From: Lingula anatina
Taxonomy: Eukaryota; Animalia; Brachiopoda
Direction: 5' to 3'
DNA: 64,000 nt
Assembly: GCA_051362555.1 (NCBI GenBank)
Contig: CM120648.1
Span: 19,712,587 to 19,776,586 of the forward strand
The notes below the pieces were generated by a model. That model ran no database searches. It was not told the DNA's origin and was given only the letters and a program-made list of their open reading frames with translations. Both the position numbers and the translations under genes were made by a program. Positions 39,501-50,094 of the stretch are shown piece after piece (the first letter of the stretch is position 1; each line of letters starts with the position of its first letter).

Positions 39501-40766
39501 ATAAACAAGTACTATCTGACCACAGGGGGCGCTGGCAGTCTGTCACAGAAATATTGAAAGCGACACAGTGTAAATCATCTCATAGAAATTATAGCTTTTG
39601 TATAGTATTCTTGTGGGGCCCTGATTTCAGAGGGTAAGAAACAGGCCACATCCGGTCAGGGTTAGACCACTTCTTGCTAATCAAATTGCATATCGAGATC
39701 ATGCATGCCCCCGGTAAATGTCCATGTACATACCCAGGTTTGGGGGGGGGGGGGGGCAAAGGGAACGTAATGAAGATTGACGACAGTAATTTATAATTAA
39801 GATTATAGTATTGGGTTTTTGTAAATGTATACTGGACTTATTGTTGCCTTGGTTTTCATGTACTGTACACAGGGTTACAGAGGCAGACACTTAACATGCC
39901 TTGGTTTTCATGTACTGTACACAGGGTTACAGAGGCAGACACGACGGGGGTTAGTGGTAGTGGTAGTGGTGGTGGTGGTGGTGGTGGTGGTGGTGGTGGG
40001 GGTACTACATGTGGGGAGGTGGGGTGGGGGGGGGGGCATTATCAAATGTGGAGAAAAGACTGTTGACACCTAAAAATGTAATGAAATATGTCTCATAATT
40101 GCACCGTATTATCCAAACAAATTTCCTGAATGGGAAGAGGTCAAACATTGTAAATATCCCACCTTGTTCCTTGAATATTACTTATCACTCGTAATTGAAA
40201 AAAATGAAACTGAAAAAAATTAAAACGGGTGTTAGAGTAGTCGAAAGTTTAAATGCCTACAAAACATACATGTAAGAAGCGATAGATTAATTCTTATGAA
40301 AAAAAGTTGAAATTGTCACTGATGACAACAGAAGGGAGATAGTTTCCAGTTCTCAAATGCAAGCTCTTGGTTTATGTTACCTTTTTCATCGCACGTTAAA
40401 CGCTTATGCTTTGAATAAACACGGGTATGTAAACCTTAAATGTAAGTATTGCTGTTGGAGCAACATAGTACCATTACAGCTGAGAAGGCATATTGCTACA
40501 GGTGAGATGACACAACACATTCATCACCACCTCTTTTCCTACTTTCAGAGGCCATTTGCAATCGTCACAATGGAAACTTTGAGGAACCCACCAACTGCGG
40601 GGAATTCGTCTCTTGCGCGTACAACCGGGTCTTCCGCCACCGTCGATGCCCCGCCAGCCTTAATTTCAATCTGGAACTCAACAGTTGTGATTGGCCATTT
40701 AGAGTCACGTGCGGGGACCGTCCCACAAAAGAACCAAAAGGTGCACTTGTCAAAGACAAAGATTAA
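25687..40766 (+). CDS. Peritrophin-A/CBM14 chitin-binding protein with six domains (disrupted in this haplotype)
   Basis: Exons 25687-25941, 26790-26990, 27268-27462, 27679-27945, 30760-30969, 31613-31755 + 39359-39389, and 40549-40766 (TAA), all joined by phase-1 GT-AG introns. Each of the last six encodes a 6-Cys domain, e.g. CKKPSGNFEEPADCHKFLSCYLYRVVRHRPCPAGLYYDQASDRCDYHFNVNC. Signal-peptide exon not located. Confidence 0.85.
28144..30528 (+). mobile_element. Tc1/mariner transposon relic (transposase pseudogene ~29194-30211), intronic
   Basis: Motifs VVFSDE and WPANSPGMNPIENLW, C-terminal GGHTRNY; stops and frameshifts; exact 17-bp inverted core ACTTAATATGGAATATT (28144-28160 / 30500-30516); right end CCCTG-TA. 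Confidence 0.85.
28252..28989. mobile_element. Harbinger-like MITE nested in the Tc1 relic
   Basis: TIRs GCCCCCGTTTTACAAAAAA / TTTTTTGTGAAACGGGGGC; internal subterminal CCCGTTTCACAAAG; flanked by CTG and CAG. Confidence 0.7.
30984..31486. repeat. Intronic minisatellite, 29-bp unit, ~17 copies
   Basis: Unit TAGTCTCTGAACACAGGGGCCGCAGTACT. Confidence 0.95.
32254..33333 (+). CDS. gag: Gag
   Basis: 359-aa ORF just after the PBS; CCHC knuckle CFHCNKPGHKKAEC. Confidence 0.92.
   Translation: MAEGMQQLVETLQIIAQDIQGGHVRSIKERRIEEAAKGITVCDGAVVSEVRSYLDDLEVMYASLHDIVGGAVKLVTKTSRGALRREIERFLQTQPARLETPWRVIKEHIQRSFLSANESERLKSELEVLRQASFETLLEFNRRFREAASRAYAAPRGADTERFIVRAYTRGLLDQRLAEELIVRGRPETLEAAIQWTENENCGREIFRQMTTQGHHAPQTNVIAQNKFAATVVSPRVEEDMDISSMNAINKDTALLLSQLQETSKSIQQALKAQERMQTRIAKVETHVYNSPDHTPTARNRIQKPHQQSRKQKGYGSPRAYRDIAGWREDGTLLCFHCNKPGHKKAECYQLKRQRNHLN
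33324..36899 (+). CDS. pol: Pol (PR-RT-RNase H-IN), expressed by -1 frameshift
   Basis: DSGA protease, YIDD RT, TDAC/EKEA RNase H, HHCC and D,D35E integrase; slippery heptamer T-TTA-AAC at 33324-33330 immediately before the gag stop. Confidence 0.95.
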   Translation, partial: FKLVTAGAMTRPQSYRLGVALSVNGVQCKSLIDSGASCSCLRLDMFLKICKATGRTCFLEKTNEIYSVSGEKLEVKGKARIKIDGAGIFEVVVIANIGHEMILGIDILKSGNAEINCVQKTMVFFDKEWPLTDYGRPGLIAEIVQLPPSSGNDDIDAMINEYRDVFSSTENPLGKCDLLPMIIDTGDNRPVQQRAYRAPLAKRELIEKEIQNLLDNDVIRPSQSQWSSPVLLTPKSDGSMRFCVDYRKVNEITKVDRYPLPLISDIFDNMGGAAYFSVLDLKQGFHQCTLDEADMHKTAFICHKGLFEYKRVPFGLVNGPNHYQKLLDRVLNGLIGKSVYCYIDDCVIFSKTMEEHVEHVRQVLERFREANLKIHPKKCEFAKSEVHLLGYIISKDGIRSNPDKLQPIKNMPTPRKAKDVRSFLGTCNYYARTVPDFARVAAPLYKLTKKNERFEWREEHQRSFDRLKELLMSNKVMAHPRINEPYKLYTDACNHAIGGVLVQTDEQGKDRVVQYVSHKLSPSQQRYSTIEKEAYAVMYNVNKLRPYLWGADLTIYTDHKPLKALFSSKLQNARLQRWAAILAEYNPKIEYIKGAKNVCADFLSRLPSEREEVAIIDTEEDWVDPRSFPDSMALHNIPIEADGLNVDDIRQHQIAEFPAEIAEAQNEDSDYEILQGILYSVRPPNPTEPDYPRLVLPKQFRNNIIARCHKDVGHMSVYKTLCRVRECYVWKGMRKHISKWVKRCPTCLAHKSTPQRTTLGELPMPAYPFQVVGMDLIGPFQESPKGNRYCLNVICYLTGWAESYPIPDKSSKAVELALATEFFPRHSIPEIIITDRGSEFSAGEFRNYLQTMGVDHRRTTAYNPKCNGKVEKFNQCFKGLLARLVNNNTRTWEEQIANALFAYRNSVSSVTGYTPFFLVYGRNPRMPLSTLVGASNNHHPLKGRLSDLSDALTAARDNLQAARLENKRRFDAKANANKIEVGDSVIVFAPDNVTFGSKWDPVWTVTRQRGNVFWVSHQQTGKSRVVNRDKLRLVDRGLAWDEIRPRARRVFRRRPNPIRAELQLGTTPVNANAPRAEVNQRAAVSNSNGRSQVAERIESEMPVSVGGESQAASRRPTLHAKRKHNTITRHHTPTHSHNTRFRKRCIQATEQEDALLSQIEGDELDGPQPVKALRITDSGSGENMEVDSMHR
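36917..38420 (+). pseudogene. Decayed env-like (F-type fusion glycoprotein) region
   Basis: MAVLSILLGILAPG leader; WQQLPDGVLVTQRQ/AVTKAVWTVEVTKEKP aligns with the 47154..47387 ORF; SSRTKLR-GLFDFVGWAANVPFG at ~37303-37370; stops and frameshifts throughout. Confidence 0.65.
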
Positions 40767-43618
40767 TTCTTTCGCAATTTTGAAGGTCAACCAGTTCGAA
40801 CGCGCCACGTTGATTATTTAATAATTCTATGACATCGGGTTCTCATTGCCTCTTGTGTTATGATATAAGAATGTAACTTGTGTTATGATATAAGAATGTA
40901 ACTTGTTCTCAAGAATTTTAATTTGATTTCTAGCTACGAGACGCAACTTTTCGACCCTTCCTTGGATGACTTTCCTCCCTCATAACGCCAATACCTTTGA
41001 GGAATGGTTGAAAACTATGCCGTAAAATCAAAAACACCTTTATTCTCCCTAGTTACCTTTTGTTTTCATCATATGTGACTGTTTAAGTTCAACATAATTT
41101 ACTGATCAAAAGAAAAATAAAGTATAAACATGTTTATATGCATACATTTGATCCCATGGTGCAAAGTGCTTGATAAGCTCAGAAGTAATTGATACATTCA
41201 AGTTGTTCAAGGAGCGGTTACTGTCTGTAAGCAGGGTCGGCAACCCAATTTTTTTTGACACGAATAATTTGAGTAGGCATGGCGCCTGAAGCTTTTGATC
41301 GGTTATTTTCTTTAAAAACGAATTTACAGCATAATAATTACACAACAGGTCGGTAGATCAAATAAAAATGCCATTATGATGGTGTGACTGAATCACAATA
41401 TTTAAACAGGATTATAACTAAATGGCCAGTGCATATTAACAGTACAGAGAACGGCACTAGAATCATACTTGAGCGACAAATACATGTGATATTGGAAATA
41501 TTGGACTTACGTGTTACCTTCTGAAGTTATATACCATCCGTTTTAGATTCGTTTTAAATTCATCCTCAGAGAGACCCCTGCCTCAGAAAACACAGAACAT
41601 TTTCATCGTGATTTTATTGTTGTGGAAGGAAAAACCAGTCAACAGGCCTCCAGCATACTTTAAATGCTTGGAAGTATACTGTGGCAATTAATTATCTGCA
41701 AATTAACAAAAGACAAAAGTTGATATTTTCAATAGCAAAGACAACATTTTGATTACACTGTTGGAAATAAAGACTTTATATTGCCATAACCAGTTGGTAT
41801 GGATAGCAACGAGCTACCTATACACAGGCGTTCTCTTCACAAGGCTGGATACGCTAGCCCTTGCACAGCAAATTTTACAACTACTATTCATTTTAGTATC
41901 AGAAGACCTTAAGTGAACGGATTATATAATGTTGCAATGTTATATGGTCCAAACATAAGACTTTTGAGTCTTACATGTACATGTACCCTAATGCATGAGT
42001 GAACCGTGATAACGCTGAAACACTCGGTGGAAGCTGCCAAAAGTGATTCTTGGAATCTATGCGATTTCTAAATGGAGATTTAGTCAGAAATTATTATCAG
42101 CAATCCCGAGCGACCCCTTGCGGTGGACAGCGAGTGAAGAAGACAAGGAATGGGTTGGGGTGTCTAACGCACCTTTTTCTAAAACTGCTCCGGGTGAGCA
42201 AGGACCGATGCAGATAAAAGTGCGTTTCGTGAAACACTCGTGAAACAGCAATTTTCTGTCTGTATAAAACATCCTTACAGGAAAATAATGAGTCACATGT
42301 TGATTATTATTTCTGGATTGGCACAAACTGCACACGTTTTGCATATGAATGAGGACAGACTGTTTTATACGGAAAAGATTGCTACGTGTATCAACCCATG
42401 ACCTTGAAGCTCTTTATTCTGGGATGGAAGGAGTTATTTGTTTCGCAAAGCGTACAAAGGCCATGTATATACATTGAAAATCAAGTAGATAAGATCCGCG
42501 GAATAGGAGTCCATATTAACGCACCATGATGATGTTCTTCTTTCAGCGGAAACTGATAATGATCCTGCACTCCTAGAAGGACGTGTACTAGACGATCTCT
42601 GAGAGACGAAAATAAAGCAATTCTACAGTATTATTTAAATGCCTTTCATAAACTACAATTTATACGGACTACAATAATTTGTTTTGAAAAACTACGCTGA
42701 ATACAATCCTTGCTTAAGGTCATAATGGAGGTCTCCTAAACTTATGGAATCTTATGATCTTATGTCATTAAGTGCCATAACTATTCTACAGTATATCATA
42801 TTACTCCTAAAAGATGCCCGTCTTTCAGAATACTTTTTAATTCCCTTTTAAGGATTTACATAAATGTAATATTTCACAACCATATATAGTACGTTTATTA
42901 GCCTCTTAACACTGTTCCTAACGAAATGTCTAGCTCTGCCTTAATTAAAAAAAAGCAAGACGGCTCTATCCCTTAAGGCACCACCGCAGTACTTTGCATT
43001 CAAATAAAAGGTGTGCACTTGATTGTACCCTACCATGACATACATGTAAGTTATACATTTCAGGTTCAAGGTTGATATATGATTAACCTATATAAAATAA
43101 AATGTGAGCACTTGATTGTACCCTACCATGACATACATGTAAGTTATACATTTCAAGGTTGATATATGATTAACCTATATAAAAATCACCAAAACATGTT
43201 TATCCCTCAGAAATCGCTGTGTCATATATATATATATATTTTTTTGCTGGGTTCGCAATTACCACACGTGTTAACACATGCACGTTTCCGAATTGTCTGG
43301 TATCACGCCGTGCTCAGTTCTGAATTGATTACCAGAGCGTGTCAAAGGATATTCTTTTAACTCGTATTGTACCAGGAAGTTAACTGAGACTTCTGTCTTC
43401 TCAGGACTGTGGGTATTTGACACACATATGGCCCGTGAAGTTATCCAAATAAAATATATTTCCCTTGAAATACAAACTGTTAATGTGTCTTTCCTAAACT
43501 AAACGGTATTATACACATTTTGTTTAAACATGGTGGATCGAACTGACTACTACTGGTTTAATTCCGAGCTAACAGATACATTCTGAAGAAAGTTAAAGCA
43601 CCCAAACTAGGATGATAT

Positions 43619-46600
43619 CTACAAGACTAAAAAGCTTTTTAGCATCATTTTATCAGCAAAATTTGGAAACAGTAACCTTAAAGATATGAATATTTTGGAT
43701 GGTATATCTGTGCAAGTGTATACTTCATATTGCCTAGTAACAGTTGCCTTGGTGATCTCCAAGGCAACAAGTTCTGGTTCTACTGGCTGTATGGTGTTGT
43801 GCCAGTCACTGCCAAACATGCCTACGAATGATTTCACCGCTCTCTCCGTCCCTGAAAAGATAAGGTTCAATAAATAAAACGCATCTAGAAAGACCAAAGA
43901 AAACATTTGTTTTTGATTCTTGTTTATCATTTTGAAAGAGAGAAAAAGTAAAGAATTAAGGTTTGATTTTGGAACCATCGGAAATGCCATTAAAACGTCA
44001 AGTTGAAGTTATACAAATATTTTTTCCACATTCACATGATTTCACCCTGAGCTTCAGAGATAACTTGACACTAACCTCTTCACAATAGCCTATCTTCATC
44101 GTGTCAAGTTACCTCTGACGAAAATAGTTTGACCTAGTTTATATAAGCCAATCGAATCCAAGTTTCAAAATTTTTCACCAAAGTTTGGTGAAAACGCTGA
44201 TTGGTTGACCGTCAATCGGTAATCCTCGGCTGATTCCGCAAGCTCCATACTAACAACAAAGTTACTGTCGAGTGCGGAGACATCCGAGTAGTGCCGAGTG
44301 CATAACCGTACACAAAGAAAGCATGGCGTCTTCTACGAGTGACTACGTAAAATAATGTGTTATCTCTTGATTCTTTGCATAATATGAGTATATCGGAATT
44401 GAAACCAGAGCAGTTTGAGGCCCTGCATCATTATCTACTGAGGGATGATGTATTTTGCGTGCTGCCCACAGGTTACGGCAAGTCCCTGATATTGAGCCTT
44501 ATCTCTGATTGGTCCGGATTTGAACAAAGCGCGCTTTGACTCGTTCGCGTTCATTGGCTAGATCGTTCAATGAGTCATTGAGTGCGCGCTTTAAATTTGA
44601 TTGGCGGGCGGCGGGGGCAATCGAATGTGGTCAGAGGTAACTTGACACGATGAAGATAGGCTATTGTGAAGAGGTTAGTGTCAAGTTATCTCTGAAGCTC
44701 AGGGTGCATGATTTACATAATGTGCAAAAATCAAAGACACTATGTACTGCCAAATACAAATAACAATAATAAACACAATATCACACTTGACTATAAACGA
44801 TGGCATCGCTATACCTGTACTCACGTGTAGCGCCTACCATACACAAGGTAACAGACACCCCAGAGTTATAGAGAGCCAGTTCCTGTACTTACGTGTAGCT
44901 CCTACCATACACAAGGTAACAGACACCCCAGAGTTATAGAGAGCCAGTTCCTGTACTTACGTGTAGCTCCCACCATACACAAGGTAACAGACACCCCAGA
45001 GTTATAGAGAGCCAGTTCCTGTACTTACGTGTAGCGCCTACCATACACAAGGTAACAGACACCCCAGAGTTATAGAGAGCCAGTTCCTGCCTGAGGACGC
45101 CAAAGAACCCCTGGAGAGCGTACTTAGTGGCGGTGTAAACGGCTGTATATGGAGTGGCTGTAACTCCTGAAATAACAGCGTGGTCTGAATTAGTACAGAT
45201 ACTGTAGTGACATCTTCAGTCATTAGTACTTAGTGGCGGTGTACACGGCTGTATATGGAGTGGCGGTCACTCCTGAAATAACAGCGTGGTCTGAATTAGT
45301 ACAGATACTGTAGTGACATCTTCAGTCATTAGTACTTAGTGGCGGTGTACACGGCTGTATATGGAGTGGCGGTCACTCCTGAAATAACAGCGTGGTCTGA
45401 ATTAGTACAGATACTGTAGTGACATCTTCAGTCATTAGTACTTGGTGGCGGTGTAAACGGCTGTATATGGAGTGGCAGTAACTCCTGAAATAACATTGTT
45501 CATTGCTATGACATACGCCCACTGGACTATAGGTACCATAAAACTAAAACAACTATGGTCGTGCTATTTTAAAATACATTTTTTATAAATATATTTATAT
45601 AATTATAAATATATCATATTAGTTCATAATGAGATTGACAGAATTGTAGGAAAATAAAACGATGTAGTTTGAAACACGTGACAGTAAACGTTTGAACATG
45701 TGTGACAGGAATGGAAGACCGGGCTCCCATATGATTAGTACAGGTTAGGGTTAGCGGTGTGACAGGAATGGTAGTCCTAGTAATGGAAGTCCAGGGTCCC
45801 ATATGATTAGTACAGGTTAGGGTTAGCGGTGTGACAGGAATGGTAGTCCTAGGAATGGAAGTCCAGGGTCCCATATGATTAGTACAGGTTAGGGTTAGCA
45901 GTGTGACATGAATGGTAGTCCTAGGAATGGAAGTCCGAGGTACAATATGATTAGTACAGGTTAGGGTTAGCGGTGTGACATGAATTGTAGTCCTAGGAAT
46001 GGAAGTCCAGGTTCCCATATGATAAGTACAGGTTAGGGTTAGCGGTGTGACAGGAATGGTAGTCCTAGGAATGGAAGTCCAGGCTCCCATATGATTAGTA
46101 CAGGTTAGGGTTATTTGGAGTTTTGGGGTTATTTTATTGGACTGTACAAAGTTGTGGAGAATGGACTACAGTTCCTGTCAAACTGACCACTTCTGACGCG
46201 TCTTCAATACAACAGCAACACTTTCAACATTTTATGGAATTGAACTTTTTTTTAATTCTCTTGTTATTTGAAACTTTTTTGTTTGAAGTGATCGACAAGC
46301 AGACGACATACCCACCCGCAGTAGAGGAGACCACAGAAATGTGACCACGACTATTGGTTAACAGAGGTAGTGCATGGGACGCCAGGTGAACAAATGACCG
46401 GAAGTTAACGTCCATACTGGTGGTCAGTCTCGTGAAGTTGTCCCCTGTCCCCAGCCACGGCTGAACGTTAGGGAGTATGGCATGGTTCAAAATCAGTATG
46501 TCCAGCCCTCCGAGTTTGTTTTCCGCAAACTTAGAAAAAAAATAATAACGTTTTTTTAATATTTAGCCAATCGTTTGTTGCAATTCTGGAGATATTTTGC

Positions 46601-49050
46601 AGTTGTACACACTTTTAATTCTCACTGTTAATTGACACTGTCCTCACTGTCCGTGCTTTCGTTAAGGTCGCAAAATTCGTCACGCTTGTTTCCATGAATA
46701 TTATATTATATTTAAAAAAAAAGAATAAGATTGGTATCCAATTCCACTTTATTTAGACACCGTCCCGTACATTTGACAATACTGTAATTCACAGCGTTCA
46801 CATTGTTCAGGACCCATATAACCCATCTACCAATTGTCGGGAGCGCACGTGGATCAAGAGACGCTCCCGATGACCTAATTACGTAAATAGACTTCATTAA
46901 CTTTGTGCGCTGATTGGGCATTGGTCCTGCAGCAGAAAATCCACCTAAGATCATAATGATAAAGGAAACTAGTATAAAAGATCATATTTGTTGTCCCCAC
47001 AAAATGAAAAAGACCCCTTTTAGACCTGGAAGACGGGCCCTTTTCTTCCCGGACCCTTTCCATAGGCACCTTTAACGGGCTAAAGAAAGTTTGCTGGGCA
47101 TCCTCTAGATAATGAAAGAGATTTAGACTACCCTCCAACCTCTGTCTCCATTGCTATCCTTCGTTAACCGTAACGAAATTTTCCCTTTTTGCCCAATTCA
47201 CTTCTTTCATTATATCTACAAACTTACCTCTAATAGTGACATTGTCCCATTGGGGGTTTTCAATAGTCACTAGGACAATCCACTGAGCCTTCATGACTTT
47301 CAATGGCTGCCGTTCCATAAGGAGGACTCCGTCCGTTAACTTTTGTAACTCCCCGTGAACTCCCGAAGAAAACAAAAAGATTAACAAAGTTAGTAGGGAC
47401 TTACCTGCTAACTTACCTAGTGGGAGACGTCCATCTCCACTTCCTGTGCCACATCCTCGTGGTCTACAGCCTGTGCCACATCCTCATGGTCTACAGAACC
47501 GTCCTCCATTTCCTCTGCCGCTTCCTCGTGGCAGGTATTGCCTTTTTGCTCTGTCGCTTCCTCGCGACAGGCTTTCTTCTTTGGTTGCTCGTGAACCAAG
47601 TCCTCTGCTGTTTGCATGCATCTTTTTCTGTGTCTAGTGAAGTGTGAATGTTGGGGTACGGTGGCTGCCTGTATGCGCCTTTTCCTGTACCTGGTGTTGT
47701 GAGTGTGTGTAGGCACTGTGTTTCGCTTTGATGCTACTGGAGCTTCCCACTCGTGCACTGATTCAGTGTCTGAGTTGTCAGTGTCTGAGTTGTCGGAAAC
47801 ACTTACCGTATCACCTACCTGGCCCTTCGCAGGTCTGGCTACTTGGTCAGCAACTCTGTCCTCAGCTGCTAACTGCCCCTGCCTTGCGTCTGGAGTTCTT
47901 TTTAACACCCTCGGACGTCTGGCCCTCGGCGCTATGCCATCCCAGACTACACCTCTATCAACTAATCGGATCTTATCTCTATTAACTACTCTGGTCTTAC
48001 CGGTCTGTTGGTTAATTAGCCAGAATACGTTATTTCTATGGCGCGTCACTGTCCATTGGGGGTCCCACTTTGATCCAAATGTAATATTATCAGGTGCATA
48101 TATGATCACACTATCACCCACCTCAATCTTGTTCGCGTTTGCCTTTGCGTCATACCGTCTTTTGTTTTCTAATCGGCCTGCTTGTAAATTGTCGCGCGCG
48201 GTGATCAGGGCGTCTGATAAGTCACTTAAACGGCCTTTTAGCGCGAGAGGGTCATTAGACACGTTTAAGGTTGCCGACAGCGGCATTCGCGGTCTTCTTC
48301 CGTACACTAGGAAGAATGGGGTAACATTTGTGGCTACCGATACGCTGGTTCGATAAGCAAAAAGCGCGTTCGCGATGTTTTCCTCCCATGCCCGCGTGTT
48401 GTTATTTACAACTCTGGTTATCAAGCCCTTGAGTGTTTTATTGAATATTTCTACTTTCCCTTTACACCGCGGATTAAAACTCGTGGTTCTCCTGTGATCT
48501 ATTCCCAGGCCTTGCAAATATGAGCGAAATTCGTGCGCGCTAAATTCACTGCCTCTGTCCGATATTATAATTTCGGGCACTCCGTGTCGCGGAAAAAATT
48601 TCGTAGTCAGCGCGGCTTGTACTGATTCGGATGTTTTATTGGGAATGGGAAACCTTTCTGCCCAGCCACTAAGGTGACAAACAACGTTTAGACAATATTT
48701 GTTGCCTGGCGGAGACTCTTGGAAAGGACCGATTAAATCCATACCAATTATCCATACTTATTATTGGGTACGCGGGTAAAGGTAACTCGCCCAAGGTGGT
48801 TCTTTGCGGTCGCGTTTTGTGTACCAGACTCGTGGGACATTGTTTTATCCATCGCGTCACATGCTTTCTCATTCCCGGCCAAACGTACGCGTGAGTGAAA
48901 GCTTCCTACGATTCAGTATGTTCAGTACACAATGATAACTGCCGAAATTGATAATGCCAACAATTTAGCTTGGTTCCCGATCTTAACGTCCTTTTGCGTG
49001 TGTGTACAGTGTACCTTGATAATCCAAGCTGTCTCCTCCATGTCTCCCAG

Positions 49051-49093
<43 letters not shown>

Positions 49094-49761
49094 GTGTACC
49101 TTGATAACTCTAGCTGTCTCCTCCATGTCTCTCAGATCAGCTACTGTGTACACATGGTTAGACTCAGGTGCCGGAGATAACTTTTTACACTCTGCGATGA
49201 CCTGAAACCGTTATTATGGAAAACTGTAAATGACACTCAACTGATTATTCAAATAACAACCCCAATCTGTAAGTTATAGAGCAGCTTGTGTAAAGAGAAA
49301 TAAAATGTTAATAAAACACATTGCCTTAGATACGAAATGAGAAGTTATACCGGCAACTGACCTTTTTTAAGAGATTTTCTCTGCGCGCCGTCAAAACAAG
49401 GTTTGCTCCCATCTTGGCGAAATGGTACGCCACCTGTTCTCCAATTCCAGAGGACGCCCCGGTAATGAGCACTCTCTTGTCTCTCACCATGGCTGTGATA
49501 AAACCGATATGCTTATATCAGCCTATTATCATTTTGATTTCTGTTACAAATCTGGAAATTTAATAACGCACTGGTATTTTTTTTTAATTCACGTGTAATG
49601 GCAAAGTTTCATGTGGCCTTATTTTGGGCAGAAGACGTAGATTGTGGTTATGATTTTGAAGACAAGGAAAGAAATATATGCATGGTACGAAATCCATGCG
49701 TTAGCACTCCTTTTTTCGGCTTTATGTATGTGTTTTCTGGTTGTGTTTACTTTGTTTAGCG

Positions 49762-49796
<35 letters not shown>

Positions 49797-50094
49797 GTAC
49801 ACAAAACATGATCGACTTGCGTTTTTTTTTCAAGTTTTTTCAAGCGTTTTTAGAAACTAAGTTGGTCTAACTAAAGTCACTAATCGTTTACGCACACACA
49901 GATTACAAATATCAGACCCATTTCAACCATGTAGAGTACAGTAGACTATATGAACATGTACATCAGACTTAGATAAGGAGCTGCAAAGAGCGTTCATGCT
50001 CACCAGGATCGAAATCATCCACGTAGAGGGTGGCGATATAGATGGCAGTCACAGTGAGGAGGACAGCAACCAGTGTTTTTGTCTTGGAACCCAT
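43619..50094 (-). CDS. HSD11B1L: 11-beta-hydroxysteroid dehydrogenase 1-like SDR, complete six-exon CDS
   Basis: Exons 50094-50004 (MGSKTKTLVAVLL..DDFDP), 49492-49362 (VLITGASSGIG), 49201-49100, 46529-46316 (GGLDILILNH..VVSSTAG), 45166-45029 (YTATK = YxxxK), 43851-43619 (TAG); all GT-AG with compatible phases. Confidence 0.9.
44043..44706 (+). mobile_element. Academ-like non-autonomous element carrying a RecQ-type helicase fragment
   Basis: 77-bp perfect TIRs (44043-44119 / 44630-44706); 8-bp TSD CATGATTT; internal LKPEQFEAL..DVFCVLPTGYGKSLI (RecQ motif 0 / Walker A). Confidence 0.8.
44815..45088. repeat. 68-bp tandem repeat (~4 copies) made of the exon-5 3' end plus donor
   Basis: Units spaced 68 bp; minus-strand donors at 45028, 44960, 44892, 44824. 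Confidence 0.9.
45120..45495. repeat. 106-bp tandem repeat (~3.5 copies) made of the acceptor plus exon-5 5' end
   Basis: Units at 45120, 45226, 45332, 45438; minus-strand acceptors at 45167, 45273, 45379, 45485. Confidence 0.9.
45698..46112. repeat. 60-bp minisatellite, ~7 copies, containing GGTTAGGGTTAG
   Basis: Direct reading; explains ORF 45614..46090. Confidence 0.9.
46720..48890 (-). mobile_element. Gypsy remnant (integrase plus 5' part of env), related to 31756-39354, in HSD11B1L intron 3
   Basis: Integrase MDLIGPFQESP..PEIIISDRGSEF closely similar to the intact pol; followed by signal-like SLLTLLIFLFSSGVHG and RSKR-GLFHFVG; no LTRs seen. Confidence 0.9.

Noticed and set aside
45614-46112. 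Thr-rich mucin-like ORF and interstitial telomere
   Set aside because: 60-bp intronic minisatellite with only two TTAGGG-like motifs per unit.
47703-48356. Long antisense ORFs over integrase (also 36374..36889)
   Set aside because: Shadow ORFs of coding sequence with no recognisable motifs.
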